DNA of 64,000 nucleotides from Tilletiaria anomala UBC 951 (GCF_000711695.1 NW_013547016.1:248001-312000); one strand, 5' to 3'; counted from the first letter of the stretch, positions 1 to 14,990 are shown. Numbers and translations are program-made. Notes: generated by a model from the sequence alone, not told the origin.

Positions 1-2356
1 ACGACCTTAGGCAAAAGGTGGACGCGCTGATCACGCAGCCGTTCGACCAGCTCAGAACGGATGTCAACGGAAGTGAGTGACACGGTCATAGAATTGCACA
101 GGAGGGACAACACAGCAGAGTACTGAGCGTACTGTCGTCGCACAGCAATCAACAACTTCACCTTCGATACGTCCCTTTTGCCCGTTCCAACCGCTGCACC
201 ACTGGCCTCGTTTTGCAACGGGCTAGGCAACACGCCACTGGACGACTTTGCGCGTGACCTGCGCAAGTTTACCTGGCTCGGAATTGGAATCATTGCAGCG
301 ATCGCTCTGCTGCTCGCGTCTGCAATTGCTGTGAAGGAAGTTTGGGTGTGGCGCTGCATGCGGACACACGTGCAGCGCACACGAGAAGCGTTTCGGGCGG
401 CCGAGAAGCCTTCCAACGGCTCTCGATCCGCATACTTGTCTGCTATCACCCAAGTCCCAGTGCCAGCGGAATCATGGCTGCACAACGATGATTCACTCTT
501 CTCTCTGCTCCAGCTGTCGCACCACCCGCTGATTGCCAGCATTGTGTTGTGCGGTGGGCGTCATGTGGGCCTTCGCAGCAAGCGCAAGCTTGACGCGACG
601 AGGTGGTACCTAGCGTGGCTGACGCACCCGGCGGCATTGACTGCTCTGGCGGTCGGTGTGGTGGGCCTTCTCACCACGCAACTGCAGATTTTAGCGCTGC
701 AGGCTGTCGAGGGGCACTATCGAGATGTGAGTGCCACTATAAGCAAAGAAATGGAGGGGGGAGATGTGTCACGAGGGGCTGCGGCTGAAAACTGCTCACT
801 CCTGCGGTCGCAGAAAGTGGGCGCTACTTTCGACGACGCGATGGATGGCATGTTTAACGGCCTGAATGCTAGCATGCGTGCAGCATCGGCGCAATTCGCA
901 AACGAAACCAACACGGTGATTCTGCAGCGTCAGAGCGATCTCAACGATGTCCTTTTCTCCTGGGTAAATATCACCACATCGACAATGAATAACACCCTCA
1001 ACGAGTTTACAGATGCTGTCGCTGACATCATAAACGTGAGTCGTTTCCTCAACTCTTTCGCAAAGCTTCGCACACGCCGCTATGCTGACGCGAACTGTAC
1101 CTCTCGAACACTTTGTCGTCCACCAGTCGACCTTCGCAAACACACCACTGCTCGCGCCTGTTCAGACGTTTGTCAACTGCATCCTGCTGCGCAAGGTCGC
1201 GGGGATCGAGCAGGCGCTGACTTGGATCCAGGACAACGCACACGCCACATTTCCGCTCGTAGATGACGGCGCGCTCTTGCTGGACGCGTCGCAGCAGAAG
1301 GAGATCATGGCACAGGCCAAGGGCAGAGCAATCGGTGACAGCAGCGAGGGTGGGAGCGGGAGTGGTGGCGTCTTGGGCGAGATCGCCGGAGGGTACGAGA
1401 AGAGTTTGCAGAAGGAACGGATCATGTTTCTCTTCTTCGTGGGAATCTACGTCGTCGTCGCGCTCGTGGGACTGCACGCTATGCTCCTCGCATCGCACAG
1501 GCGCACGCGCAACAGCATGGGCCGGTCGGCAGGAACAACAGCCATCACCGTCGCCGCTGGGCCTGGAGTGAAAGCGCCATCGGTGCGACCGCGCTTCAAG
1601 ATGCGAAAGGCGGGAATCGACACGCTCCGCGGCCAGAGCATAGCAGCGCTCAATTTGCACCACGTGCCGTGCGACAGCGGTGGCGGCAGCGTTTCCGGAA
1701 GCGATGCTAGCGCTGCTGGGGTTGGTACTCATGGCGATAGCAAGGCGGGAAACGCGAACGCAGGATGGGTTCGGGCAAATACTGCCGCTGTGCAGCAACA
1801 GGAGCCACATTTCGATCATGGCTATGACTACAGCTACAGCTCCGGGTCCGGCTATGGATATAGCGCGACGGGCGGGCCCGCGTGGTGGGACCCGAGGCGG
1901 CACTATGACTCGGGCGCTACCCTTGATATTTCGGGTCTGCACACACGAGATAGCACACTGGAGTACCAACAGGACGTGGCGGATGCGTGTCTGCCTTTGG
2001 ATCCGGCTGCAGAAACGGCTGTGGCTCCAGCTCCGGGTACGGCAGGGCACCATGTGCCTGGGCTCGACGCGGGCCTGCGGCGCCGGTCGACGTTTGTTGC
2101 AGTTTCGCTGGGAGCCAGGGCTACAGAGGTTTACCACCACATTGGCCAGTACGAGGGTGATGATGGTGATGCTACTGCTGCTGCTATTGCTGCCGCCGGT
2201 GGCGAGGATGCCGTCGACGGCGATGGGCGGTACCCGCGTTGGATGCGGAGCCGCATATGTCTCGGGCATGCTCGGCCAGCATGCGACGGTGCGTTTCGCA
2301 TGTACGATGGGCCTCCCGGGCATGCGCGCGGGCGCGACGTGGGTGGTGAGGTGTGA
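1..2356 (+). CDS. PRM1: Plasma membrane fusion protein Prm1 (5' end outside window)
   Basis: Spliced translation (introns ~73-146, 727-813, 1036-1126) gives FTFDTSLLPVP..FC, TM segments, FSWVNITTSTMNNTLNEF, STFANTPLLAPVQTFVNCILLRKVAGIEQALTWIQDNAHATFP and a final TM, all matching fungal Prm1. The C-terminal tail boundary is less certain. Confidence 0.85.
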
Positions 2357-3775
2357 GGATCGTTGGTTGTCTCAAGATCTGGTATCCCCGTTGGTCTTTT
2401 GTGCGCGACTGGGTGGCTCGCGGTGTGGCAGTGCCGAAGCGCGGGCATGCTGTGCACATGGTCTGTAACAGAGTCTGGTTGATGTAGCACGGATGCTATC
2501 GCCCCTGCGCGATCAGCGCGTCTGCGCTGCCGCAGCGATCGGCTGTGCTGTGGTAAAAGGATATGAGCGGGTTACCAAGGTCAATGAGACAAGGATCCAT
2601 CCGCCCGCCTGATTCGGTCGGGGTGTGAAGGAGGATCTGTATATATTTGGGTGATTTCTGCCTCAAGTTGTCTAAACGCTTTCATTTATTATGGCGGGCT
2701 GCAAAAATACCAGGTTATATGAAGATGATTCACCCTGAATTCCTGGATGTGTGAGATCCTGCGGGGGTGGGCACTGGGCCAGTTTACTCTAATACTGCCT
2801 ACCATGCACCGGCCCTATTGCTGCGAGCATCAGCGCTCAGAGTAGGCGAATACGAATGGGCAGAGGTGCAGAGATACTCTACGAAGGTAGGGAGAGACCA
2901 TGACTGGATTCATACCGGTCTGAGCACCATGCAGGAACCACATATTCCATAGACCAACCAGCATGGGTGATTACAGGGGAGAAGAGAGCCCCTAGTCGAG
3001 GTGCCGATGGGTGGGGCCCCGTGCTGTGGCCAGCGTTGAATATGCATGGTCACGTGATCATTTTCGTACTGCAGCGCACATGGCTTGAACGGAATGTGTG
3101 TGAATGGGGACGGATCCAGTACCTCTCACCGCCAAAGGAAGGAGGAGTAAGGACGTCGTCGGCACCCACGACCCCAAACAAGTAAGCAAGCATGCACGGC
3201 TGAACGAGCGAGCGATGCTGGCAGGCTTGCAGGTTGGTTCGCAGCGTCGGTGCAAGAGAGCAAAGGGGAGCAAAAGGGACAGACATCCCGACGGCACACA
3301 TCGCTCGATCCCATCGACCCTGGCTCAGCTCACCTGACCCACCGGCGTTTTGCTCCACTCAGCAGGCATCCCTCTCCCTGGGATCTCTTTCACTCCCTCT
3401 CCACCTATTGACACCGTCCAGCTTCTGCGGTTCTGCCTGTATCTCGAGCGAGCATTTCACAGCCTTGTTAAATAACGCTCCTTCGCCACCACCGAGCAGA
3501 GTGCAGGCTCCAATGTGGCGGCCCATCTAGCGCCGAGCAGCTCCATCCATCCTTTATCCTGACCCGATGACGGGTCCCCACGGTGCATCAGACACTTCAC
3601 CACCGTCGCCTTGGGACTGCTATGCTAGAAGAGTCTCGGCCAGCATTGACCTTGTCCAGTAAAAGGTACGATCGTTCCAGCTTGGTGCGGCCACCAAGCC
3701 AAGCGACGCCCCGCGAAGCCAGCTCGGACAAGGGCTCACGACCCATCATCGCTTCCGCCTCGAGCCTATCCAAAA

Positions 3776-6700
3776 ATGGCGCAAATAAGCACCCCATCTG
3801 ATTACCTGCATCTATCGCTCGCCACGGAGCCATCATTCTCCTCCTCACCCTCGACGCGCCTCCGCAACACCCCGTCAAAGCAGCTCCGCCGCGCGCTCAA
3901 CGTCCGGCAGCGCAAGCTGTGGCCGTCGCTGCTAGCCGTGATCCGACGTGAGCAAGTGCAAGATGAACACGGGTCGCGGGTGTCGTCTCTGCAAGCGTAC
4001 GATGCACAGCAGGCCCGTGGCGTCGTCAGAGATGTGCGTCGGCATAATGTGGGGCAGCTGCAAGGCCAGTTGCTATCAATTCCGGACAACCTGGCAAGGC
4101 GGACGCGAGCGCGAATGCGGGCACGCATGCTGCCGGCTGAGAGTGGAGGGATACAAGGAATGCCCTCGGTGCGCTTTCTTTTCGCGTCGCTCGCGCTCCT
4201 CGGCTCCCTGGCCGATAGCGCACGCGGCGCCGTCGACGCGCCGCACCACGCCCCGTTCGCCTCATCGCTCTACCCGTCTTCCGCCCTGAGCGATCATACA
4301 GGCAGAACAGCGCTGACACCACGCACACGCTTCCTCGCCGCGATGCAGGATGTGCAGCGCAAAGGACACGCCGCTGCTGCCGCGCTCAACTACGCCGGCG
4401 GCCGTGGCCGCCGTATAGGGTGGGTACAAGGCAGAGGCAGAGGCGGAGCAGCGGCTGCAGCGGGCGGTATTGCGCAGCTGGGCATGCAGGACGCACTCAT
4501 ATTGATCGGTGCTGCTTTTGGTGAGCACATGCTATGCAGCCTCTGCGAACCGCCATGGGAATGGATCGCGCATGTTGAGCCTCACCTTTTCTGACTCTCT
4601 CTCTCCTTCCCTCCCCCCCGGCTATGACTGCACCTTGACTGACTCCTGCAACAGCCACAGTCCTTCTGACTCTCCTGTTGCGTCGAACGGCAGTCAAGCG
4701 GCACGGCTCGCTGGCTCGCTCGAGAACGACGGTGGTGCCGCTACCTTTGGATGCGTACGAGCCAAAGCGCGCAGCGGACGACGTTGAGGTGGTACAGGAG
4801 GACGATGGAGACGAGGCGTTTGTCGATGATGACGACAACGACTGCGAAATGATTGCGCTCGTTGTTGCCTCTGGTAATCCTGCGATGGAGAGTGGCATGG
4901 ACAGCGCGCTGTCTTCGCCGATGATCCCGGGCGTGACGGCCGCGGAGGGGACGACGTTTCTAGCCCGCACTGGCTCCATCAGGCGCCTGCTCTCTGCTGC
5001 CACAGGTGGCATAATACCGGCCGACGCGGCCGGCAATGCGAGCACGGCTGCGGCACCACCACCAGCATCATCAGCAACAGCAGCGCGCAGTGCGACGCTA
5101 GAGGACCTCCCGCCTAGTCCGCCCTCGAAGCACTTATCGCCTGTCCTTGCGTCCATATCCACATCCGCATCGGTCCAGGCACATACACACGCTGCGACGC
5201 TGTCGATCGTGCGCATCACCAGCTCGGACCCAACGAGCGTGCTATGCATCGCGCCGATCCAGCTCGCATTGCAGCCTGGCGGCGGGCTCGCGCGTGTCGA
5301 CCCCAAGGCGACTGGCGCGACTGTGTTGGGTGGTGACACAGGAAGTGGCAGTGCATGCACCACGAGGGCCGGGCACGCGCAGCTTGCGCCCCCGCTCGAT
5401 CCGTTACGGCGCGATGGCACACCCGTGTCTGCCGGCAATGTCTCGACGAGCCGCAGGCGCAGGGAGAGCGGGCGGCTGCTTGCCGCCCCCTCCCCATCTT
5501 CCTCGTCGTTGCTTCCTAAAGGCTCAGCATTATCCCCAACGGCGAACACGTTGCCGGACGACGCACAAGTCGGGGGCGAGGGCGGCGCGAATGCGGACAT
5601 AAATGCGAATGGCAGCGCGCATGGCTACGATGCACAGAGCAGGAGCGAATCCGCGTCCACGTTCACCTCCACTTCCGCTCCGGTACCAGCACCCGCGTCT
5701 CCAAGCACAGGCACGAGAGCCACCGCGATGCCATCCACGCCAGCGGCGCTGACGAACAGGCGCAGACAGAGTGCGCCGGTGGTCAAGAGCACCGTCGTCG
5801 GCCAGCACACTGCGGCCGCACGCCGCGCCAATCGCGGGCGCCTGTCTGCTTCGCCGCTGCGCAAAGTGCGCCTGCAGCAGCAACTCGGCGCATCGCCTAA
5901 CGGCAGCGGCGCAGGGGCCAGGATACTCGACATGGACGACGACACGTCAACCGAGACCGAGACCGAGACGGACTCTTCATTTGACGAGGCAGACAGGGCT
6001 GACAACGTCAGCAAACCCAGAACAGCAGGTCGAGCTGGCCGCAGAGCACTCAAGCGCAATAGCACCGCACTGTCGCTGCAGTTGACGCTGCCGACGCCGA
6101 TCCTGAAGCGCGCCCCGGAGCGCTTCAAGGCATCGCAGCTCAGTGTTGTCGCTGGTGCCAGTGCCGGTGGTTTGGGCATGGGGCTGAGAGCGTCAATGAG
6201 TTCGACGGACGTGTACGCTCTGGCCAATTCAGCAGTTGGGAATGCTGGCACTGGTTCTGGCCAGGTGTCGCCCTCAAGCTTTGCCGACTCCGCAAGCGGT
6301 GGCCGTGACGACGGTATGGCCTCCTCGTGGCTCAAGGATCACTTCGGCAGTACGCCTTCCACAGCCTCGCCTCCGCCGACGCATACGCAGCTCAATTCTG
6401 CCAGTATCAACAGCATTAGCGTCAGCAACCAGTTGTGGCCCACCAAGCGCCCGCGTATTATCAAGCTCACCGAGCCCAACTGGGCACCGTACGTCTCCGT
6501 GCACGAGCGCGCGCGTGAACGGCAGCAGACAGCTGCATTCGCGATGCATGCTGCGGTACAGGCGAAGGCTGCCGCCGGCAAGGGGGCCGCCTTGGTGCCG
6601 CTCGGCGATATCAACGGCAGTGGCATCGTGTACGCGACAGCCGCAGAAAGGAGCGACGCGGGTGCCAGTGGTGATTGGATGACCGTAAATGGAGCGAGCT

Positions 6701-8361
6701 TCTTGCCGCATCCTCAGCTGCAACAGATACAGCAGCAAGCGAAGAATGCAAATGTCAACGGCAAGGGCACCATTAGCGTTGAAGCGGGCGCGGGAACCGG
6801 TGTCGGGAGTGGCTCCGAGTCCGGCGGCTCTAGCTCGAGCAACACGACGCTCACAGACAACTCGGAGTTCTGGTTTGAGCGCTTCACGCAGAGCACCGCT
6901 GCAGCGGGAAAGGATTGGGACTGGCGCAAACGGCGCGCAAGGCAGTTGCAGATGCAAGCGCAGGCCTGGTCTGCTGCAGGCGCCGCCGAGCATCAGCAGC
7001 AGCATCAGCAGCAGCAGCAACAGCAGCAGCAACAGCAGCAACAACAGCAGCTGCTCTCGCCAGGCCCTACGTCATACATGCATGGGAAAATGCAGCAGAT
7101 GCAACAGATGCAGCAAATGGTCCTCATACAGCAGATGCAGATGCAGCAGGGGCAGCAACAACAGCTTAACGGCCAACATCCTTATCCCGGCCACGGGGGC
7201 CTCGGCAACATGAGTCTCCTCGACACGCATCTACAACGTGCTAACAGAAGTTCGTCGAGGCAAGCCGAGGTGCTTCCCCGTGACTCTTCGGTGTCGCCGC
7301 GATTACCGTCGAAGCAGCCTCTCGTTGCCTCTCCTTCTGCCACCACTGCTGGACAAGAATTACCTGCGCCTGGGCTGCAAAGTGTTCCAAATGGCCTCGC
7401 CAAAGGCGCTGAGCGCACCGGCACCGGCACCCGCGCATTGTTGCAGTCTTCGCCGACGTCAGAAGCGACTTCGCTCGAGGCGGAGTCAGTATCGGCGATC
7501 GATGGACCTGCTAAGTCGCTGCGGGGGCGTACCGGCTCGTCCATTGCGCTGTGGAAGATGATGGGCTTGCGCAGCTCCTCGTCTGGCGAAGCGGGCCGCA
7601 AGGAGAAAGACTCGTTCAGCGCAAAGCGGTCTCTATCGCCACCCCAAGCCGACCAAAATGCTGGGCGGACAAGGCGTGCGTCCAGCTCACAGGTCGGTGA
7701 GAATCCTCTCGCTGCTCAGCCCTCTCTGCTGAGCGTGCCTAACCGCTTCAGTAGCCTGCGCCCAAAGCAGCCACGCAACGCCAGCCTAGACAGCGCCAAG
7801 AAAGTCACAGTCGCTCAATTGCTCGCGGAGGCGGAAGCATTCGTCGATGACCAGATGATGATTATGACGAAAGAGGACGAATCCGAATCTGTTTTCATCT
7901 TGCAGCAGACCCCACGAGGCAGTTTCAGCGGCAGTAACAGCAGCGGCAACGGCCAAAGTATGCCACGCTCCATGTCGCCGATCTCTTCCTCAGGCTTGCC
8001 TGTCGCCGCTTGGGGAGGCCAGCGGTCGTCCAGCCCGACTGTGTCGTCGCCCATCGAAGGCGCGGATGGACTACCACGCAGCTCGGCGGATGCTTATGGT
8101 ACAGCTTCTGTCGCCTGTTCCGCGTCCTCTGCGGCTTCGACCAAGAGTGCCAGCGTCGGCCCAGCACAGGGCACGCGCATCTCGTTGCATGCGTCTTATG
8201 AGAGCTTGCCAAGCCAAAGTTCGTACAGCGATTCGGGAACACGCAACGACGCAGTCCTTCAGCGGTTGACCAGCAGCTCGGAGACAAATTTACCTATGAC
8301 CTCCCAAGGCGCTGATGGCTCTTCTCCACCAGCCAATATACGCGTCTACCTGGCCGCATGA
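3776..8361 (+). CDS. Uncharacterised membrane protein with a very long low-complexity S/A/Q-rich tail
   Basis: ORF 3776-4520 joins in frame to the 1227-aa ORF through a GTGAGC..CTGAC..CAG intron (4521-4654). The junction creates the TM segment ALILIGAAFATVLLTLLLRR. The upstream hydrophobic stretch MPSVRFLFASLALLGSLA offers an alternative start at 4160. Confidence 0.7.
6991..7050 (+). repeat. CAG/CAA polyglutamine microsatellite in CDS
   Basis: CAT(CAG)3 CAT followed by CAG/CAA codons, encoding HQQQHQ15. Confidence 0.95.
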
Positions 8362-8905
8362 ATGGAGGAACAGGCTCCAATGGCGCCATGCTTGGTGCTC
8401 GCTTTGGAAAACGATACCAACGTCAGAGCGGCTCTGCCGCTTCGGCCTTGCTTTCGGGGACAGACATGAATACCTCTATTGACCAGGGCAGCGAGCGGAG
8501 CTACGCAGCGCACACACTGCAATTACTGGTAGCCACTCCTGATGGAGTGTGAACAATTTCAAAGGTTCAATCCGCTTTGCCTACTGAACACATATGCCCG
8601 TACGCGTATGCGCATGCGCACACGCAAACGCCCAAGCACCCGTACACGCACACCCCAACGCTGTCCTTTTTGGCATTCCTCATTTAGCACGCGAGCCTCG
8701 CGCGAGGCTTGTCATATTCCTGTTGTAGCAAATGTCGAAAATCTTGCGCTGCTAATTCTTACATACATTTGAGAGCCTACGGACGAGCGAACGAGTGATG
8801 CAGATAGACGTGTGGTGGGGGTGGCAAGTGCGGGTGCTCGATCCATGTGGTGCATCTGAGAGTGCGTGCGTGAGAGAGAAGGGGCAGGAGGAATGGCTCT
8901 GAGGC

Positions 8906-10255
8906 TCACGCGCCATCAACCGGATCGCATATCCCTTCTTGGCCAATGGAGAAGACAGCATCAGCCTCTGGCAAACATGGAGAGTCCGCGATTTTGCAGA
9001 TGCGCTGGGAACCTCTCCCCTTGCGCAGAGCCAAGCGGGTGGTAGACGCGTGCGCGACGATGTTGCCGCCGATAGGCTTCTTGGTGTCGGCGCTAAACAT
9101 GGCGCCGCCGTCGACCTGAGCGACAACCTGGTTGGTGATGACGACTGCGACGCCGAACTCGTCCGCTAGGCGCTGTAGGCTGCGCAGAAACTTGGCGAGG
9201 TGCATCTGCCGCGCGGAGAGCTCGCCTCGGCCGGAGAAGTCGGTCCGATAGAGTGAGGTGAGCGAGTCGACGATGAGTAGCGAGAATCGTGACTCGGCCA
9301 TCATCGCGGACGCTTGTACGAGCAGCTGTTGCTGGTGGTCTGCATTGTATGCCCGCGCATACGCGACATTGTCCAGCACCTCCTCGCCATTGAGGCCGTA
9401 GCGCTCAGCAACAGCCAAGAGGCGCACAGGGCGCTGCGGGCACATACACAGAAACGAGTCAGCGGCGAATATCGCCAAGCGCGAAGGGAAAATATGAGGC
9501 CTAGATACCCACAAAAGTCCCTTCCGTGTCGATGAAAAGGCACTTGCCTTCCCCTCCACCCATGTCGATCGGTAGCTGGCACGTCACCGCAAGGGTGTGG
9601 CACAGCTGGCTTTTGCCGGTCCGGTACTCGCCAAAGAGCTCGGTGATGCTGCCGGTCTCCATGCCGCCGCCGAGTATACCGTCGAGGTTCTTGGAGCCCG
9701 TCGTGATGGTGATCAGCTCGTTTCTGCGCTGGTGGAACTCGGTCGCGGTGGTGAAGCCCATCGGGACGAGCTTGGATGCTGCAGGAGGAGTGACGGCAGG
9801 GGGAGGCAATCAGCAAGCAGACTTCCTGGGTGACGCAAAGCAGGAAAGGGAACCAGCCAGATAATGAGCCGCACCAGAATTCGTGTCTGCTCACCTTCCG
9901 CAAGGATCTTGTCCGCTTTCGCCTCCGAGATGCCTTTGACGTTGAGCAGTGCCTTTTTGGGCGTGAAAGCGATCGCCTCGATCGTGTAGAAGCCCGACTC
10001 GGCGAGTTTGCGGCAGTCGGACGCGCTGATCCCGAATTCCTGGCAGTGGAAGTAGAACATGCATGCATGCGTGCTAGAGCGTCAGCATTCCCTGCCTATA
10101 TGCGGTCGGGATGAGGGCAGATGACATGGGAAGGATGGTTGGCCCTGTCACCTCGGCGGACTAACCTCGAGCTTGCTGACCAGCAGTGGGCCGCCAGCTT
10201 CGAGGTACTCTTCCTCTGTGGCGCCCTCTACCTCGGGTTGTTGAGCGTCGCCCAT
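8906..10255 (-). CDS. RAD51: DNA recombinase Rad51
   Basis: Four exons starting [19 protein letters not shown]. Contains the HhH motif ([15 protein letters not shown]), GFTTA polymerisation motif, Walker [10 protein letters not shown], Walker B LLIVDS, and the Rad51-type [11 protein letters not shown] and [13 protein letters not shown] motifs, which distinguish it from Dmc1. Confidence 0.97.
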
Positions 10256-10993
10256 GGCCTGGCACTGCTGCGGTAGCCGGTAGCACGTGTTTCACTCTCT
10301 CCAGATGTCGAATGCAGACAAAGGTTTGGTAGAGCTGACGTCGTGCGAGCAGGTGGTGTTGGCGGCGGTGGCGGTGACGACCCTACCGAGGCGAAGCGAC
10401 AGTTGACAGTGGGAGGGACCCGCCTTGAGCTCCCGTGTCAATGCCGGCGTGATGGCGAGAGTGTGAGTATAGTCGGTGTGTAAAAGGGCACGCATGTGTG
10501 TGGTGTATGGTGGTGAGCTTGCAGAGGGAAAAGGGTCATTTAACCGTCGGCGGGAGGTGAACTGTGTTGTTGTGCAGTCCCTTCAGTGCGCGCGCGCCCC
10601 TTCGCGCTTTGCGCTGACGCGTTGTGCGCTCTCACGTGCACTTCTTTCTTTTTCCAAGAATATGTAAGAAAGAAGGCAAGACGTGTTGGTGTCGCGCCAC
10701 GCGTGTCCCTCTGTGTGGGAAGGACGGACGCGAGCTGAGACTCGCCGGCATGTGCCAAAGGCGGTCTCAGGACGTCTCCCTCGTCGCAAACCTCTCACTC
10801 TCACAGCATGCCATCGACACTCGAGTTGCCCCAGCCTCCTCTCGGGCTCATCACTTACATATCCACATCGACGACCTGAACGCAGCCCCGCGAATAAACG
10901 GATTGCTGAATCGGATGGAACTTCCTGGATCCCAGCACACTCTCCCGCTCTCAAAAGGTTGAGCGATCCGCTTCTGACGTGCAAGGCCCGAAC
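10256..10993. promoter_or_regulatory. Divergent RAD51/HAT2 intergenic promoter with MCB-like boxes
   Basis: Head-to-head ATGs at 10255 and 10994. ACGCGT at 10617-10622 and 10699-10704, plus a (CG)n run near 10588-10597. Confidence 0.55.
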
Positions 10994-12884
<1,891 letters not shown>

Positions 12885-13599
12885 TACGCCACTCGGTGTA
12901 TATCTGCAGCATATCGCTTACTGTGGACTTAAACGGGAATGAAGGAGGGACCCCTTGCACATGTGTTTCCGAGCAGATCGCATCGGCTTGTCCTCCATTT
13001 GAATTGGCGGGAACGTGAGAAGAGTGCGAGACTGCGAGCCAGATGAGAGAAACTGCGACTGAATTAGCTTGACTTACGTGCGCCAACCACGCGCCGTGTC
13101 ACGACTCATTGGTGCTTGTGGTCTCTGTGGGCTGCTGAAGAGGGGTTGAAGTTCTTAAGCGCTCCCTGACCTCATCAATTCAGTCAAAGATCCGAATTGT
13201 CCATGGTCCACTGCATCCTTGTACATATCCTGAAGCTCGGCGTACCTGCACTGTTCCAGGCAAGGGGGCTAGCAAGTAGCCGCAACAAAGCTGTTCCTCT
13301 CCACTTTTCCTTCGGCCATGACGGCGGCGGCATTGTGGACCCCAATAGGCAGTAAAGACCATGAACCCTCATTTGCATTCGCAACTGCTGGACCGGACAT
13401 GCCATTCGCCAGAGCCATTAATACCAAGACTCGCCTGCAGTGTCCCCATCGCTCATGCAGCCCATGCAAACTTCACCCTCGCTCAATGACTGATCATATG
13501 AACACTTGCTGCTTGCCACCATCGTCTGGTCCCATCTGCATTCCTTGCCTTCCACAGGATTCTCTCGTACATGAAGCACGTCGCTCTACCTAATCAACT

Positions 13600-14990
13600 C
13601 ATTGTTTCAGTTGTTCCAACAGGCTGACTACGGCGATAATCTTTGCAGTGGTGTAGAGCAAGAGTGTGTGACTAAGTCCGGCGACGAGAACGAGCTGACA
13701 AAAGGCAAACAGAATCAAGCAAGCATAGCGAAATCGGAGCCTCAGCAAGAACCAGTTACCTCAAGCGTGAAGAGCTCGGCGGAGAATGTTGATGAGCTTC
13801 AGGCAGTCTCTCCAGCGTTGAAAATGCGAATCCTGGAAGTGCCTTCTTGGTGACGGAGCTGCCTTGCCAAATGAACCGAGCATTGAGGAGGTTGCAGAGC
13901 CTTCTGGTCTCGCCTCCCCGGCTGCCGCGACCCTCACAAGCGGCTCACGAGCCCTAAGATCGCCGCGTCAATTCGAAGGCTGAGATGGACCCGATAAAGA
14001 GCTCAAGCTCAATCAGACGTCCTTGCAAAACGTCTTGGAAGGAACTCATCCTTCGACACGCCGTTCATACGTCAGAGATGGAGCCCTTTCAATACGGCGA
14101 CGTTCGCAGAGGCAAGAAGCGGTATCAACGAATTAAAGGCGCGTGCCCGCGAACAAGGCCTCCAACTCGGTCACGCGGAATGTCTCGCCCAGTTAAGGAA
14201 AGGGCATCAAGAGCTGGTGCAAGACGCTGCCCGCTCGCGCAGGAAGAGCAGGGCAGGGTAGGTGGAGAGACAGCTGCGTCCTTCAGCAACGGCCTTGCCC
14301 GCGAGCTGGAAGCGGAAGCGCATGAGGGCTCCAAACGAAGGGGCGATGGAGAGGGCGACGGAAACTTGGTGTCCAGGTCGCCCGAAGAGGCATGCTCATG
14401 CTGAAACACGACCACGAGCCTAGCCTAGGTGGAAGACAACTGATGCAGGAGCAGGGAGACTTGCGCAGCGCTGGCGGACTCGATGCTTGGTCAGGTGTAC
14501 GAAGCAGGACGAGCGGTCGTCTCGATGCTTCGCATCGGCCAGATAGGATGCCGTCTATAGCAGGGGCAGGGGCAGGGCCAGGAGCAGAGCAGGGTTCGGA
14601 GGCAGCAATCCGAAGAGCAAGCTCTCAAAGGGAACAAATCTCAACCTGAAGAAGTGCCATTGCAGCGTGTGGAATCATGAATCATAGTGGTCCCACCGCC
14701 GGCAGTGGCTGCCGCCAAGATATCAAATCGGGAGGTCCCGTATCTGGGCTCACGCCTCAGCGCTCCGCATACGGAGAAGACTCGCACACACAACTTGGTG
14801 GGTCTTCGTCTCTCCTAGACCGCACTGTTAGCTTGGCATATCGACTCGAAGGTCGAGATATGGAGGAGGCGCCAGGTAGCGCAGGAGGGGCAAATGGGAA
14901 TCATCGCAGCAGAGCAACTCGGTCGTGTCAGCCGAGAATGACATGCGCGAGCAAGACTCGGAAGAGGAAGTGGAGACAAGGGTCGAGGTC
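13600..14990 (+). pseudogene. Possible decayed low-complexity protein gene
   Basis: Successive short + strand ORFs rich in E/S/A/Q/G, broken by stops and frameshifts. No recognisable domain. Confidence 0.2.

Noticed and set aside
1049..2323. 424-aa antisense ORF over PRM1, and similar long shadow ORFs (4497-5600, 27981-28985, 42229-43551, 44797-45804, 61239-62207)
   Set aside because: They overlap well-supported genes, show no domain motifs, and are expected from GC-rich codon usage.
2550..2760. AT-richer patch with box C/D-like words (ATGAAGA, ATGATT, CTGA)
   Set aside because: Box spacing is wrong, and I saw no terminal stem or recognisable rRNA guide.
8906..10255. Possible DMC1
   Set aside because: The diagnostic segments ([18 protein letters not shown]) are Rad51-type.
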